Below, one piece after another: positions 27,169-37,306 of a stretch of DNA of 64,000 nt. The stretch lies in contig JALGXW010000027.1 in assembly GCA_029821875.1 (NCBI GenBank), positions 6,175-70,174 of the forward strand, read 5' to 3'. The stretch comes from Candidatus Hebobacterum abditum. Its GTDB lineage: Bacteria > Armatimonadota > Hebobacteria > Hebobacterales > Hebobacteraceae. The translations under genes were made by a program, and so were the position numbers. Positions within the stretch are counted from its first letter, which is position 1. The number at the start of each line of letters is the position of its first letter. The notes under the pieces were generated by a model. It had not been told where the DNA came from and did not search any database. It was given only the letters and a program-made list of their open reading frames with translations.

Positions 27169-28809
27169 TTGCCGGCGGTGGCGGGCTACCTCGCTGCGGG
27201 CCTGCTGTTGGGGCCGGGCGTTCTGGGCCTCATCCGCGATTCCGAGATCATCGCCTCCATGGCCGAGCTCGGAGTTGCGCTGCTGATGTTCGCCATCGGA
27301 ATGGAGCTGTCTCTCTCCGTGCTGACTCGGACCAAGCGGGCGACGCTCATCGCGGCTCCCCTCCAGATCCTCGCCACCGTGGCGCTGGGCTATGGCCTTG
27401 GTCGGGCGATTGGGTGGAGCGATGCCGCCTCCATCGTGCTGGGTTTCGCGCTGGCGCTCAGCAGCACCACCGTGGTGGTGAAGCTGCTCTCCGAACGAGG
27501 GGAACTGCATACCCGCCACGGACAGGCCATGGTGGCCATCTTGCTGGTGCAAGACCTGGCCGCTGTGTTGATGGTGGCGACATTCCCGCTGCTGCCCCGG
27601 GTCGGCGCGGGCGGCGGCGCCGACCTTATCGGCGCCATGGCGAGGGCGCTGGCCTTCGTGGCGGCCGTCTTCGTTCTGGCTCGCTGGGTGGCCCCGAAGG
27701 TGATGGAGGCCGTCGCCCGCAGGTACAGCCGCGAGGTCTTCATCGTGATGTCGGCGATGCTGTGCTTCGTGGGCGCGGCCGCCGCCTCTGCCATGGGGTT
27801 CTCCGTTGCGCTCGGCGCCTTCGTGGCGGGGCTGCTGATCAGCGAATCGCACTACCGCTTCCAGATACTGTCCGATGTCACGCCGCTGCGAGACCTGTTC
27901 GGGATGGTGTTCTTCGTGTCGCTGGGTCTGTTGTGGGAGATCGGCGCCCTGCTGGAGCACGGCCCATGGGCGCTGGCGCTGCTGCTAGCGGTCTTCCTCG
28001 GCAAGCCCACCATCGCCGCGTTGAGCGCGCTCGCTGCCCGCTACCATGCGCGGAGCGCTATCGCGACCGGCCTCGGGCTGGCCCAGATAGGGGAGTTCTC
28101 TTTCCTCGTGGTCACGCTGGCCTGGCGCGATGGGGTGATAGGGGATGCGGTGCATTCCATGCTCATCCCCATCGCCGGGATCAGCCTCTTCGCCAGCCCG
28201 GCGTTGATGAAGCTCGGCGGTCTGCTCTACGACCGCATGAGCGCCACCGATATCGGAGACCGGGTAATCGCCCGCCAGGAGCAGAGCCATCAGGGGCCCG
28301 CCGCGAGCCTGGAGAAGCACGCGCTCGTGTGCGGATACGGGAGGGTCGGTCGGTTCCTGGGAGAGGTGCTGCAGGATCAGGAGCAAGCGCAGGCCATCAT
28401 CGACTACGACCATAGCACCATCGCGGACCTGCGCGGGCGCGGCATGGTGGCCGTATATGGGGATGCCAGCCGCCGCAGCGTGCTGCTGGCGGGTGGGGCG
28501 GACCGCGCTCGGCTGGCGGTGATTGCACTGCCGGATGCAGCGACGGCGGTGGCTGCGGTGACCGAGCTGCGCGGCATCAACCCCGGCCTGAGGATCGTCG
28601 CCCGGGGTCACCAGCCGAGTGAGTTGAACGATCTGTTCCGCGCCGGCGCCGACCGAGTTGTCTACGCCGAATACGAGGCCGGACTCGAGATCGTGCGCCA
28701 CGCGCTGCTCCTGCTAGACCTCGGGGCTGAGGATGCCAATGGGCTCGTCGAGAGCCTGCGTGCGAGCCACTACGCGCGCTCCGCGCGCGGGGATGAGCGG
28801 CCCTCCTGA
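27169..28809 (+). CDS. CPA2 cation:proton antiporter with an RCK domain (Kef/YbaL-like), probably 5'-truncated
   Basis: P.VAGYL.AG..LGP, ELGVALLMFAIGME, LSSTTVVVKLL, QDL, QIGEFSF, CGYGRVG. Confidence 0.8.
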   Translation: MPAVAGYLAAGLLLGPGVLGLIRDSEIIASMAELGVALLMFAIGMELSLSVLTRTKRATLIAAPLQILATVALGYGLGRAIGWSDAASIVLGFALALSSTTVVVKLLSERGELHTRHGQAMVAILLVQDLAAVLMVATFPLLPRVGAGGGADLIGAMARALAFVAAVFVLARWVAPKVMEAVARRYSREVFIVMSAMLCFVGAAAASAMGFSVALGAFVAGLLISESHYRFQILSDVTPLRDLFGMVFFVSLGLLWEIGALLEHGPWALALLLAVFLGKPTIAALSALAARYHARSAIATGLGLAQIGEFSFLVVTLAWRDGVIGDAVHSMLIPIAGISLFASPALMKLGGLLYDRMSATDIGDRVIARQEQSHQGPAASLEKHALVCGYGRVGRFLGEVLQDQEQAQAIIDYDHSTIADLRGRGMVAVYGDASRRSVLLAGGADRARLAVIALPDAATAVAAVTELRGINPGLRIVARGHQPSELNDLFRAGADRVVYAEYEAGLEIVRHALLLLDLGAEDANGLVESLRASHYARSARGDERPS

Positions 28810-28848
28810 AGCAGGATGCAGGCGTGCGGGAGCAGAACAAGCGCAAGC

Positions 28849-29904
28849 ATGACACCCGCCCGAGAGAGAATTCCATTGAGGGAGCTGCGGAGGTCAGCCC
28901 GGCAGCTATGGGTCGTGCTCGCGCTGCTCTTTGTCGTCATGGCAGGAGCAGTCTTCTTCTATCTCTTCACCGAGAGCGAGCGGAGCGGCATCGAGTGGAC
29001 GGTCGTGGACTGTATGTACATGGCCGTCCTCACACTCACGACCATCGGCTTCGAGGAAGTTCATCCTCTCAGCCAAACCGGCCGCCTCTTCACGACGGCC
29101 TTCGCCATCACGGGACTTGCGCTGGTGGCTCTCGCCGTGCGCACCGCCGCCACGCTTCTCGTCGGTCAGCAACTAAGCGCCGGAGTTCAGCGCAGAAGGA
29201 GGCTGCGGGCCTTGAAGGAGATGCGGGATCACTACATCGTCTGCGGATACGGGCGGATGGGCCAAGAGACCGTCCATCAGCTCCGCCGCCGCGGCCTGCC
29301 CGTGGTCGTCATCGAGCAGGATCCGGAGGCGATTGAGCAGCTACAGGAGATGGATGTGCCGTGTGTTGAGGGCAATGCTACCCAGGACGAGCATCTCGAC
29401 GCGGCGGGAGTGGAGCGCGCACGATCTCTGATCGCGGCCGTCGCCACCGACGAGGACAACCTGTTCATCGTAATGAGCGCGCGTGTTCTCAACCCAAGTC
29501 TGTACATCGTCGCCAGGGCGAGTCGCGAGGAGACCGTGAACAAGCTGCAGCGCGCGGGCGCGAACAGCGTGCACTCGCCGTATGTGGGGGGCGGCCGTGA
29601 TCTAGCCTACGCGGCCGTTGAGCCGGGAGTCGTTCACTTCCTCGAGCAAGTCCTGCACCAGGAAGCCTTCGACGTCGACTTCCGGTCCGTCCCGCTTCCC
29701 GACGACTCGCCCGTATTGGGGAAGCCGATGCTTGGCTCGGGCGTGATGCAGGAGGGCGGGGCGATGGTCTTGGCCGTCCTCTCCAAGGACAACGAATTGC
29801 GCACGAACCCGCGCCCGAACACGACTGTCAATCAGGGCGACACATTGATCGCCATGGGGACTCGGGAGCAGATCGCGCAGCTTGAGCAGGCTGTGCGGGG
29901 GTAG
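28849..29904 (+). CDS. Potassium channel with TrkA-N/C (RCK) domains
   Basis: 2 TM plus pore TLTTIGFEEV; HYIVCGYGRMG; DEDN; IVAR. Confidence 0.88.
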   Translation: MTPARERIPLRELRRSARQLWVVLALLFVVMAGAVFFYLFTESERSGIEWTVVDCMYMAVLTLTTIGFEEVHPLSQTGRLFTTAFAITGLALVALAVRTAATLLVGQQLSAGVQRRRRLRALKEMRDHYIVCGYGRMGQETVHQLRRRGLPVVVIEQDPEAIEQLQEMDVPCVEGNATQDEHLDAAGVERARSLIAAVATDEDNLFIVMSARVLNPSLYIVARASREETVNKLQRAGANSVHSPYVGGGRDLAYAAVEPGVVHFLEQVLHQEAFDVDFRSVPLPDDSPVLGKPMLGSGVMQEGGAMVLAVLSKDNELRTNPRPNTTVNQGDTLIAMGTREQIAQLEQAVRG

Positions 29905-29921
29905 TTTCAGGGCCGACGGGT

Positions 29922-30815
29922 TCACCGCTTCCAGGGGGGCATTTCGGGCAGGATCGCCTCGAACTCGGCAATGAGCTTCTTCTCATAGTCGCCCGCGTAC
30001 GATCCTGAGAAGAACCTGTCCAGGGCCTCCTCGTAGAACCGCTGCCACGACTCCTCTTCGGCCCCTGGCTTGATCGGGTAGAACAGGAAGCTGTTCGCGC
30101 GGGCGGCCTTCAGGTCGCCGGGCGCATCCCCGATCATGAGGGCATGATCCTTGGGATACTTCCCGGCCGCGGCGATCTCGAGGTGCTCCCTCTTGCTGCC
30201 CATCTCCTGGCCCGCGATGACGCAGCAGTGCTTCGCGATGTCGTGCTCTTTCCACTCCCGCTGCAGCGCCTCACCTGGAGTGGCCGAAACCACGATGGCA
30301 TCGGCCTGCTGGCAGATTCTCTCCAGCGACTCTCCCATGTATGGGAAGGGCGGGATCCCATGGACCATGTCACCTATGGCGGCATTGACGGCCTCGCTCC
30401 ACAACAGGGCCTGCTTCAGCACCGGGTCCTCGCCCTTCCCGACAGCCGCCTTCAGCGCCGGGTTCCCGAGCCTCGTCTCCGAGTCCACCCACCGGCGCAA
30501 GGAAGGGACCTCTGGCATCCTCACTCCGCGCCGCTGCACCTCTGCCCGGTCGGCCAAGAGGTCGAACACCATGAGCAGGGCCGGGAACCGGTTTATCCCC
30601 CGCCACTTGGAGTAGAGATTCACGAACTCGCCGGCCTCGCGGGCGTACTTCGAGACGGGCTGCAGGCCCCAGTGCTTGATGATGTTCGGGATGAAGCACT
30701 CCTTGTGCTTGATCTCCATCGTGTCGAAGGCGCAGCCATCGGAGTCGATGCCGACGAAGAACTCATGCTGGGGCTCGAAGTTCTTCAGCGGGGCTTGCGG
30801 GTCAGCGGCGGTCAT
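29922..30815 (-). CDS. HAD-superfamily hydrolase
   Basis: GIDSDGCAFD (motif I), IVVSAT, GSK, MIGDAPGD. Confidence 0.85.
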   Translation of the reverse strand: MTAADPQAPLKNFEPQHEFFVGIDSDGCAFDTMEIKHKECFIPNIIKHWGLQPVSKYAREAGEFVNLYSKWRGINRFPALLMVFDLLADRAEVQRRGVRMPEVPSLRRWVDSETRLGNPALKAAVGKGEDPVLKQALLWSEAVNAAIGDMVHGIPPFPYMGESLERICQQADAIVVSATPGEALQREWKEHDIAKHCCVIAGQEMGSKREHLEIAAAGKYPKDHALMIGDAPGDLKAARANSFLFYPIKPGAEEESWQRFYEEALDRFFSGSYAGDYEKKLIAEFEAILPEMPPWKR

Positions 30816-30852
30816 AGGAGGCTCCTCCATTCAGCGTGTTCCGGCTTCCATG

Positions 30853-32430
30853 CTAGCCGGCCCGTGCGAACGGGCGGACGTGGCGCTCGATGTGGGCGCG
30901 GACTGTATCGTAGTGGATCTCCTCGTTCTCCTCCAGTGCGCGCATCAGGCGGTCCCTGAAGCGAGGCGTGCCGCCCACCTGTGCGGTGAGGACTGACCCG
31001 AAGGTGACATGGAGCACTTCCCGCGCATCAAACTGGTCGAGGACGGCAGACAGGTCGGAGTCTTTGAGTCCTTCGGGCGCGGGCACTTTACCGAGGTCGG
31101 CCGACACGTGGTAGGAGGCACGATCCTCGGGATATCGCTCGATGGCGAAGGCGAGTATCTCCCGGAAGAGAGCGGGATCGATGGTCGCGATGGCCCTCAA
31201 GGCCTCGAGGTAGCTCGTGCCCGCTGTCTTCAGGTGGACGAGATCGCCGGCGAGCCGCGCCGCGATGGGATAGATCGAGAACTTGTCGCTGCCGGAGTGA
31301 ATGCTGATCTTGTAGGGCCCGAAGTGCCGAGCGACCGCGACGTGGCTGGCGAAGCTCCTCTCGAACGCGGCTAGATCGCCGATGTAGTCGACGCCTTTCT
31401 CGAACTCGCCCACGAATCGCGGCGCCAGGCTTACCCATTCGACCCCAAGTCTCCTCAACTCGCCAGCCACGAAGACATGCTCCTCGACCGATGTCGGTGT
31501 GGCCGTCTCATCGACGGACATCTCCAGCTCGAACGGCCGGCCGCCCATCTTCGCCTTCAGATGTCGGTACATCTGCGCCGTGTGCGCGAGCGCGCGGCCG
31601 TACTTGGCTGCGGCGCGAAAGAACGCTTCTTCGTCTAGCGTGACAACGCTGTCATCGGGAAGGCGGCAGCTCTGGCCGATGAAGCGCCGGCACAGGTCCT
31701 CGGAGTTGATCCTCAATGCCGGCCAGGGCAGGGCCGCGAGCTTCTCGCTAAGGAGGGGCATGTTCGCGGCCTCGGCGGCGTTGTCTACGTGATCCCCCGG
31801 GTCGATGGTGAACATCGTGAAACCGGCCGCCACCGTCAAGTTGATGTCCTCTTTCGTCTTCAGGTGATCGGCGTCCGCGCCGAAGCCCTCCCGCCAGCCT
31901 TCCTGGAACACGCCAAAGGTGGCGCTATCCATCACCTGCTCGGGAGTGCGTCCGGTGCGCGTCATCTCGCGAATTGACTGCTGCGCGAAGAAGGGCCGCA
32001 TGTCTGACGCCCGAACGGATCGGACATGGGCGGGGGTCGCCAGGCCAAGCCGGTCCCCGGCCCCGAAGGATGGCTGCACGCCGATCAGCCGCGGCCGCGT
32101 GAACGAGAAGTGCTTCCGCAGGCCCTCGGCGTTCATATGATCGAGATAGCCGGCCTGCCCGGCCAGCTTCACGCCGTCGATCTCGGCTGACACCTGCTCC
32201 CTGCAGAAGTCCGAGACGAGATCCGGCTGCGAACCCTCCCTCCAGAGGAGGCAGAGGCGCTTCTCCGTGCCGCGGCGCGCGAGGAAGGCGACGACCCCGC
32301 CTGTTGCCGCGATGGATTGCGGATAGGGCTGCCAGCCTGTCGCCTCAGCGATCTGTCCGGCTAACTCCCCGGCTTTTGCGTCGGGAAGTGGGGGAGTTAT
32401 GTGTCGGCTTTCAAGAAGAGTGGAGAGCAT
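30853..32430 (-). CDS. uxaE: Tagaturonate/fructuronate epimerase
   Basis: SFGAGDRLGLATPAH, FAQQSIREMTRTGR, GADADHLK, SIHSGSDKFS, HLKTAGTSYLEAL. Confidence 0.92.
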   Translation of the reverse strand: MLSTLLESRHITPPLPDAKAGELAGQIAEATGWQPYPQSIAATGGVVAFLARRGTEKRLCLLWREGSQPDLVSDFCREQVSAEIDGVKLAGQAGYLDHMNAEGLRKHFSFTRPRLIGVQPSFGAGDRLGLATPAHVRSVRASDMRPFFAQQSIREMTRTGRTPEQVMDSATFGVFQEGWREGFGADADHLKTKEDINLTVAAGFTMFTIDPGDHVDNAAEAANMPLLSEKLAALPWPALRINSEDLCRRFIGQSCRLPDDSVVTLDEEAFFRAAAKYGRALAHTAQMYRHLKAKMGGRPFELEMSVDETATPTSVEEHVFVAGELRRLGVEWVSLAPRFVGEFEKGVDYIGDLAAFERSFASHVAVARHFGPYKISIHSGSDKFSIYPIAARLAGDLVHLKTAGTSYLEALRAIATIDPALFREILAFAIERYPEDRASYHVSADLGKVPAPEGLKDSDLSAVLDQFDAREVLHVTFGSVLTAQVGGTPRFRDRLMRALEENEEIHYDTVRAHIERHVRPFARAG

Positions 32431-32450
32431 GTACGCGCACCTGCGGTGAT

Positions 32451-33752
32451 CTACGAATCCGCGCCCTTCCCGCCCAACTCTGGCGGCGCGTTCTTCAGTC
32501 GGTACAGTATCTCGCCCCCCTTCGGAACATAGAGGACTCCCTCATCTTCGCGGTCAGCATAGTCCGCCGGGTCAATGGTCGCCGGGTCCATATACCCGAG
32601 ACTGATCTTCGCGCATGTCTCCGGGGGGATCTGGGTGGCGAGGACGACGTCGACCCGCGGCTTCTCGGCCTCGTCCTCCATACACCCGATGCCTCGCACA
32701 TGCGTGCTGTGGGCGAGCACACCCCATGGATAGTGCTGGAACCGATCCCAGTTCCGCAGGAAGTAGTCCCGCGTATGGTAGCCAACCTCCTCGAGTATGT
32801 GGCCGTGGCTGACGGAGATGTCCTTGACGTGGGGGGCATAGATGATGAGCGTGCCGCCCTCGGCCACCACCGGCTCCAGCTTGTACATGCACTTGCCCGC
32901 GGTCCAGATGTCGTCGTACATCTCCGGCGCGCAGGACAGCACGGTGTGGAATGGCCGGTCCTTGCAGACGATGTGAAGCTTCTGCGAGAGATCGGCCGCC
33001 CGTGACCAGGAGTCCTCCGGTCGGCCGAAGTACAGCCCCGCGAGGTCCTCGCCCTTCACGACAAGAGAGAGGGAAAGCTTGGGCGTCTCCACCATGGCCG
33101 CGGCGCGGTCAACAACCTTGCGCACGGGCGTCCACTTGTTGCCGATGATGACCGGATTCGTGATGACCGCGCCGAGCCAATGGAAGAAGTCGATGATCCG
33201 CTGGCCGGCGATCCCGGGGAAGAGATACTTGTTGCCTCCGGAGAAGCCAACGACCTCGTGCGGGAAGACCGGCCCGACGATGAGGAGCAGGTCATAGTCG
33301 AAGACGAGCCGATTTACCGTAATCGGCACCCCTAGTTCGAACAGCCCGTCCGTGATCTCGCCGATCTCCGCTGCGCTGATGACGCCGATCTCGGTCAGCG
33401 CCTCCGGGTCCCTCCACAGGTGATTGAGGAAGCGCGTGTTGGCGAATGTCGTCCGGCGCTCCCCGGGCGACATGTCCAGGCGGTGCAGGATCATCTCGTC
33501 CGACATCGGCGGATGTGTACCGAGGGCAATGAGACAGTCGAGCCGATCCGCCTCGGGCGACCAGGCCTCGTGAATCAGGCGGAAGAGCTGTCCGATTGGC
33601 GCGGTGCGCGTATGGTCCGGGATAATGAGGAGCACTCGCAGGCCCGCGACATCGACCTGGCCGAGCGAGTCGAGGACCGTCGAGCGGACCTGCTCGTCGG
33701 AGAGAAGCCGTTCCTCGTGGCCCGTGCCGGTTACCTGCTGCGGGAGTTCCAC
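32451..33752 (-). CDS. LarA-family (nickel-pincer) 2-hydroxyacid racemase/epimerase
   Basis: IIPDHTR, IALGTH, NH, PHEVVGFSGGNKYLFPGI. Confidence 0.88.
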   Translation of the reverse strand: MELPQQVTGTGHEERLLSDEQVRSTVLDSLGQVDVAGLRVLLIIPDHTRTAPIGQLFRLIHEAWSPEADRLDCLIALGTHPPMSDEMILHRLDMSPGERRTTFANTRFLNHLWRDPEALTEIGVISAAEIGEITDGLFELGVPITVNRLVFDYDLLLIVGPVFPHEVVGFSGGNKYLFPGIAGQRIIDFFHWLGAVITNPVIIGNKWTPVRKVVDRAAAMVETPKLSLSLVVKGEDLAGLYFGRPEDSWSRAADLSQKLHIVCKDRPFHTVLSCAPEMYDDIWTAGKCMYKLEPVVAEGGTLIIYAPHVKDISVSHGHILEEVGYHTRDYFLRNWDRFQHYPWGVLAHSTHVRGIGCMEDEAEKPRVDVVLATQIPPETCAKISLGYMDPATIDPADYADREDEGVLYVPKGGEILYRLKNAPPELGGKGADS

Positions 33753-33758
33753 GCGGCC

Positions 33759-35168
33759 CTACTTCGTCCACTCCGTGTGGAAGGTGCCTTCCCTGTCAAC
33801 GCGCTGGTAGGTGTGCGCGCCGAAGTAGTCGCGCTGAGCCTGGATGAGGTTCGCTGGAAGCCTCCCGCGCCGATACGCGTCGAAGTAGGAGAGCGCAGAG
33901 CTGAAGGCTGGAATCGGGTAGCCCAAGTTAGTGGCCGTGACGACGACGTGGCGCCATTTCTCCTGCGACCCCTCTAGCACATCTTCGAAGAAGGGATCCA
34001 GCATCAGGTTGGCCAGACCGGGATTCCGCTCGTAGGCCGCCGTGATGTGGCGGAGGAAGCGAGCTCGGATGATACAGCCGCCCCGCCAGATCTTCGCGAT
34101 CCGGCCGAACTTCAGGTTCCAACCATACTCCTTGCCGGCCTCTCGCATGAGAGCGAATCCCTGCGCGTAGGAGCAGATCTTGGAGGCGTAGAGGGCCTGG
34201 CGGATGGCCTCGATGAACTCGTCCTTGTCGCCGTCGTACGTGCCGCTGGGACCGCTGAGAACCTCGGAGGCTGCGACCCGCTCATCTTTCACGGCCGACA
34301 TGCAGCGGGCAAAGACGGCCTCGGCGATGGTTGGAGCCGCGATGCCGAGGTCGAGCGCGCTCTGGGAGGTCCACTTGCCGGTGCCCTTCTGGCCGGCCCT
34401 GTCGAGGATGATGTCCACCATGGGCTTCCCGGTCTCCTCGTCCTTGCGGGCGAAGATGTCGCGCGTGATCTCTATCAGGTAGGAGTCGAGCTCGCCTTCG
34501 TTCCATCGCGCGAACACGTCGTGCAGGTTCTCCGCCGACAGGCCGAGGGCGTGCGCCATGATGTAGTAGGCCTCGACGATGAGCTGCATGTCGCCGTACT
34601 CTATGCCGTTGTGCACCATCTTCACATAGTGCCCGGCCCCGTCGGGCCCGATGTAGGTGCAGCACGGCTCGGCGTCAACCTGCGCGGCGATTGTCGTAAG
34701 AATGGACTCGACCAGCTGATAGGCTTGCGGCTGGCCGCCGGGCATGATGCTCGGGCCGTGGAGAGCGCCCTCCTCGCCGCCGGAGACGCCCGTGCCGATA
34801 TAGAGGATTCCCTTCTCAGCCAGCATCTTGTTGCGGCGGATGGTGTCCGGAAAGTGAGAGTTGCCGCCGTCGATGATGAGATCGCCCTTGTCGAGGAGCG
34901 GCAGGAGTTGCTCAACGAAGTCGTCCACCGGCTGACCGGCCTTCACCATCAACATGATCTTGCGCGGACGCTTCAGGGCGGCGACAAAGTCCTCGAGCTT
35001 CTCCGGCCCGACGAAGTTCTTGCCCTTGGCGCGTTCCGCCATGAACTCCTGGGTCCGGGCCGTCGTCCGGTTGTAGACGGCCACCGAGAAGCCCTTGCTC
35101 TCGATGTTGAGGGCCAGATTCTGGCCCATGACTGCAAGTCCGATAAGCCCGAAGTCCTGCGCGGCCAT
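33759..35168 (-). CDS. gnd: 6-phosphogluconate dehydrogenase (decarboxylating)
   Basis: [40 protein letters not shown]. Confidence 0.98.
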   Translation of the reverse strand: MAAQDFGLIGLAVMGQNLALNIESKGFSVAVYNRTTARTQEFMAERAKGKNFVGPEKLEDFVAALKRPRKIMLMVKAGQPVDDFVEQLLPLLDKGDLIIDGGNSHFPDTIRRNKMLAEKGILYIGTGVSGGEEGALHGPSIMPGGQPQAYQLVESILTTIAAQVDAEPCCTYIGPDGAGHYVKMVHNGIEYGDMQLIVEAYYIMAHALGLSAENLHDVFARWNEGELDSYLIEITRDIFARKDEETGKPMVDIILDRAGQKGTGKWTSQSALDLGIAAPTIAEAVFARCMSAVKDERVAASEVLSGPSGTYDGDKDEFIEAIRQALYASKICSYAQGFALMREAGKEYGWNLKFGRIAKIWRGGCIIRARFLRHITAAYERNPGLANLMLDPFFEDVLEGSQEKWRHVVVTATNLGYPIPAFSSALSYFDAYRRGRLPANLIQAQRDYFGAHTYQRVDREGTFHTEWTK

Positions 35169-35297
35169 GGTCCTGCTCCTGGTGAACGGCCTTGCCCGGG
35201 CTGGTGGGACGCGAACCTACGCGGCCGGGCTTCACAAGGCTCTTGGACTCGCAGACCCGCTCCTCCTTCTGTGAGGGTCATGCCGCGTCGCGCTCAC

Positions 35298-35326
35298 TTG
35301 ACAGCGCCCACATGACGCTCTAGCAT
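35298..35326 (+). promoter_or_regulatory. sigma70 promoter of the GNAT-to-SDR operon
   Basis: TTGACA (35298-35303), 17 nt, TAGCAT (35321-35326); the GTG start is only 10 nt downstream, so nearly leaderless. Confidence 0.65.
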
Positions 35327-35336
35327 CGACGGCAGA

Positions 35337-35891
35337 GTGAAACGGCCGCCGCAACTGGAGATGGAGCGTTCGTGCTCAGAGGCCCTACCCGAGGTCCGCA
35401 CGGCGACGGGCTACTCGCTTCGCACCTTTCGGCCGGGCGATGAGGCCGCCTGGTGTCGCTTGGTGAACGAGTGCATCGGCGGCGAGTACACGCCGGAGAC
35501 GATGCGTGAGAGTCTCCTGTCACAGCCGTGGCTCGAGGAGCATGATCTCTTCTTTGCGGAGAAGGAGAGGCTGACTATAGGCACCGCCTGTGCACAGCGT
35601 GAGCGTGTCGCACAGGAGCGGATCGGAATGGTACACATGCTCGCGGTCGATCCAGCACATCGTGGCCTAGGCCTTGGTCGGGCCCTGCTTGCGGCCACAC
35701 TGCGCCGACTGAGAGACGTTGGATGCCAAGCAGCAGCCCTGAGCACGGATGATTACCGGTTGAGTGCCATTCACCTCTACCTTCACTTCGGATTCAGGCC
35801 GCACTTCACGCATGACAGCCACGCTCGCCGGTGGCGGGAGGTCTTCGGACGACTTGGGCTGTCTGTGGATGACGTAGCGGGCGCGCGATAG
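35337..35891 (+). CDS. GNAT family N-acetyltransferase
   Basis: LAVDPAHRGLGLGRALL; AIHLYLHFGF. Confidence 0.88.
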   Translation: MKRPPQLEMERSCSEALPEVRTATGYSLRTFRPGDEAAWCRLVNECIGGEYTPETMRESLLSQPWLEEHDLFFAEKERLTIGTACAQRERVAQERIGMVHMLAVDPAHRGLGLGRALLAATLRRLRDVGCQAAALSTDDYRLSAIHLYLHFGFRPHFTHDSHARRWREVFGRLGLSVDDVAGAR

Positions 35892-35934
35892 AATCCAGGC
35901 CAACCAGACAGGCAGAGAGGAGCCATAGGGGCGG

Positions 35935-37281
35935 GTGGCGGAACGCGATTTGAGAACACTGGAAGCGCAGCTCGACAGCTTCGACCCGGCCGAGCGCTCG
36001 AAGGCCTTGAGCGCCTTGCAGGAGGAGATGCGACGGGGGCGCGTCGCGCTGGCCGATCCGGGACCGGACGTCAACCTCCACTGCCACACCTTCTTCTCCT
36101 ACAACACCTATGGCTACTCACCGACGAAGATCGCCTGGCTGGGGCGCAAGTCGGGCTGGGGGGCGGCCGGCATCGCTGACTTCGATGTCTTGGATGGGGC
36201 GGAGGAGTTCCTATCGGCGAGCGCGGCGCTGAACCTAAGGGCCTCCGCCGGCATGGAGACCAGAGTCTACGTCCCGGAGTTCGCCGACTTGGTCATCAAC
36301 TCGCCGGGGGAGCCGGGGATCTCCTATCACATGGGAGTAGGCTTCCCAGCCTCGCAACTTGGAGGGGCTTCTGGCGATTTCATCGAGCGTCTGCGCGGCC
36401 TATCGGAGGACAGGAACCGCGGCCTCGTCGAGCGAGTCAACCGCTATCTCTCGCCCGTATCGCTGGACTACGGCCACGACGTTCTGCCGCTCACGCCCAG
36501 CGGCAACGCAACGGAGCGGCATATCTGCCTGGCCTACGCGCGCAAAGCACGTTGCACCTTCTCGCATAGCTCGGCCCTCGGCCGGTTCTGGGCGGATAAG
36601 CTGGGCACGGAGCCCGATGCGCTTGACCTGCCCGAAGGGCCCGGCCTGCAGTCGCTGATACGGCTGAAGACGATGAAGCGCGGCGGCGTCGGCTACGTGC
36701 AGCCGGATACTGGTTCGTTCCCGAGACTGGAAGAGACGAATCGCTGGATTCTCGGGGCCGGCGGCATCCCCGTCCAGACATGGCTGGACGGCACTTCCGA
36801 CGGCGAACAACGCATGCGGGAGCTGCTGGAAGTCGGAATGAGCACAGGCGTCGCCGCGATCAACGTGATTCCGGACCGAACGTACGGAACGGGCGCCGGC
36901 GACGAGAAACCAGCGAACCTCCGCCGCGTCCTGGACCTAGCGCAGGAGCTGAGCCTGCTCGTCGTCGTGGGGACCGAGATGAACAGCCCTGGCCAGCGGC
37001 TTGTGGACGACTTCGAATCTCCCGAGCTGCGCGACTTCGTGCCTCTGTTCCTCGACAGCGCGCATGCCATCTACGCCCATTCGGTACTCCAGCGGAAGGC
37101 GGAGCTTGGCTACGGCAGCGATTGGGCGAGGCAGCACTTCCCAGACATGACCTCCCAAAAGGGGTTCTTCCAAACGGTAGGCGGCCGTCTTGAGCCGAGA
37201 CTGGAGCATCTGCTTGACGGTCTGCCTCAGGACCCCTCGCCAGCAGATGTCGTAGCACGCGTTGAGGAGGATTCGCCGTGA
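35935..37281 (+). CDS. PHP-domain protein of unknown function
   Basis: VNLHCHTFFS, GIADFD, GMET, NSPGEPG, GTEMN. Confidence 0.75.
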   Translation: MAERDLRTLEAQLDSFDPAERSKALSALQEEMRRGRVALADPGPDVNLHCHTFFSYNTYGYSPTKIAWLGRKSGWGAAGIADFDVLDGAEEFLSASAALNLRASAGMETRVYVPEFADLVINSPGEPGISYHMGVGFPASQLGGASGDFIERLRGLSEDRNRGLVERVNRYLSPVSLDYGHDVLPLTPSGNATERHICLAYARKARCTFSHSSALGRFWADKLGTEPDALDLPEGPGLQSLIRLKTMKRGGVGYVQPDTGSFPRLEETNRWILGAGGIPVQTWLDGTSDGEQRMRELLEVGMSTGVAAINVIPDRTYGTGAGDEKPANLRRVLDLAQELSLLVVVGTEMNSPGQRLVDDFESPELRDFVPLFLDSAHAIYAHSVLQRKAELGYGSDWARQHFPDMTSQKGFFQTVGGRLEPRLEHLLDGLPQDPSPADVVARVEEDSP

Positions 37282-37306
37282 GCCGTCTCCGCGGGCGTGT
37301 GCCGTG

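Noticed and set aside
29030-29065. K+ channel filter TIGFEE instead of TVGYGD
   Set aside because: Such variants are common in bacterial RCK-gated channels.
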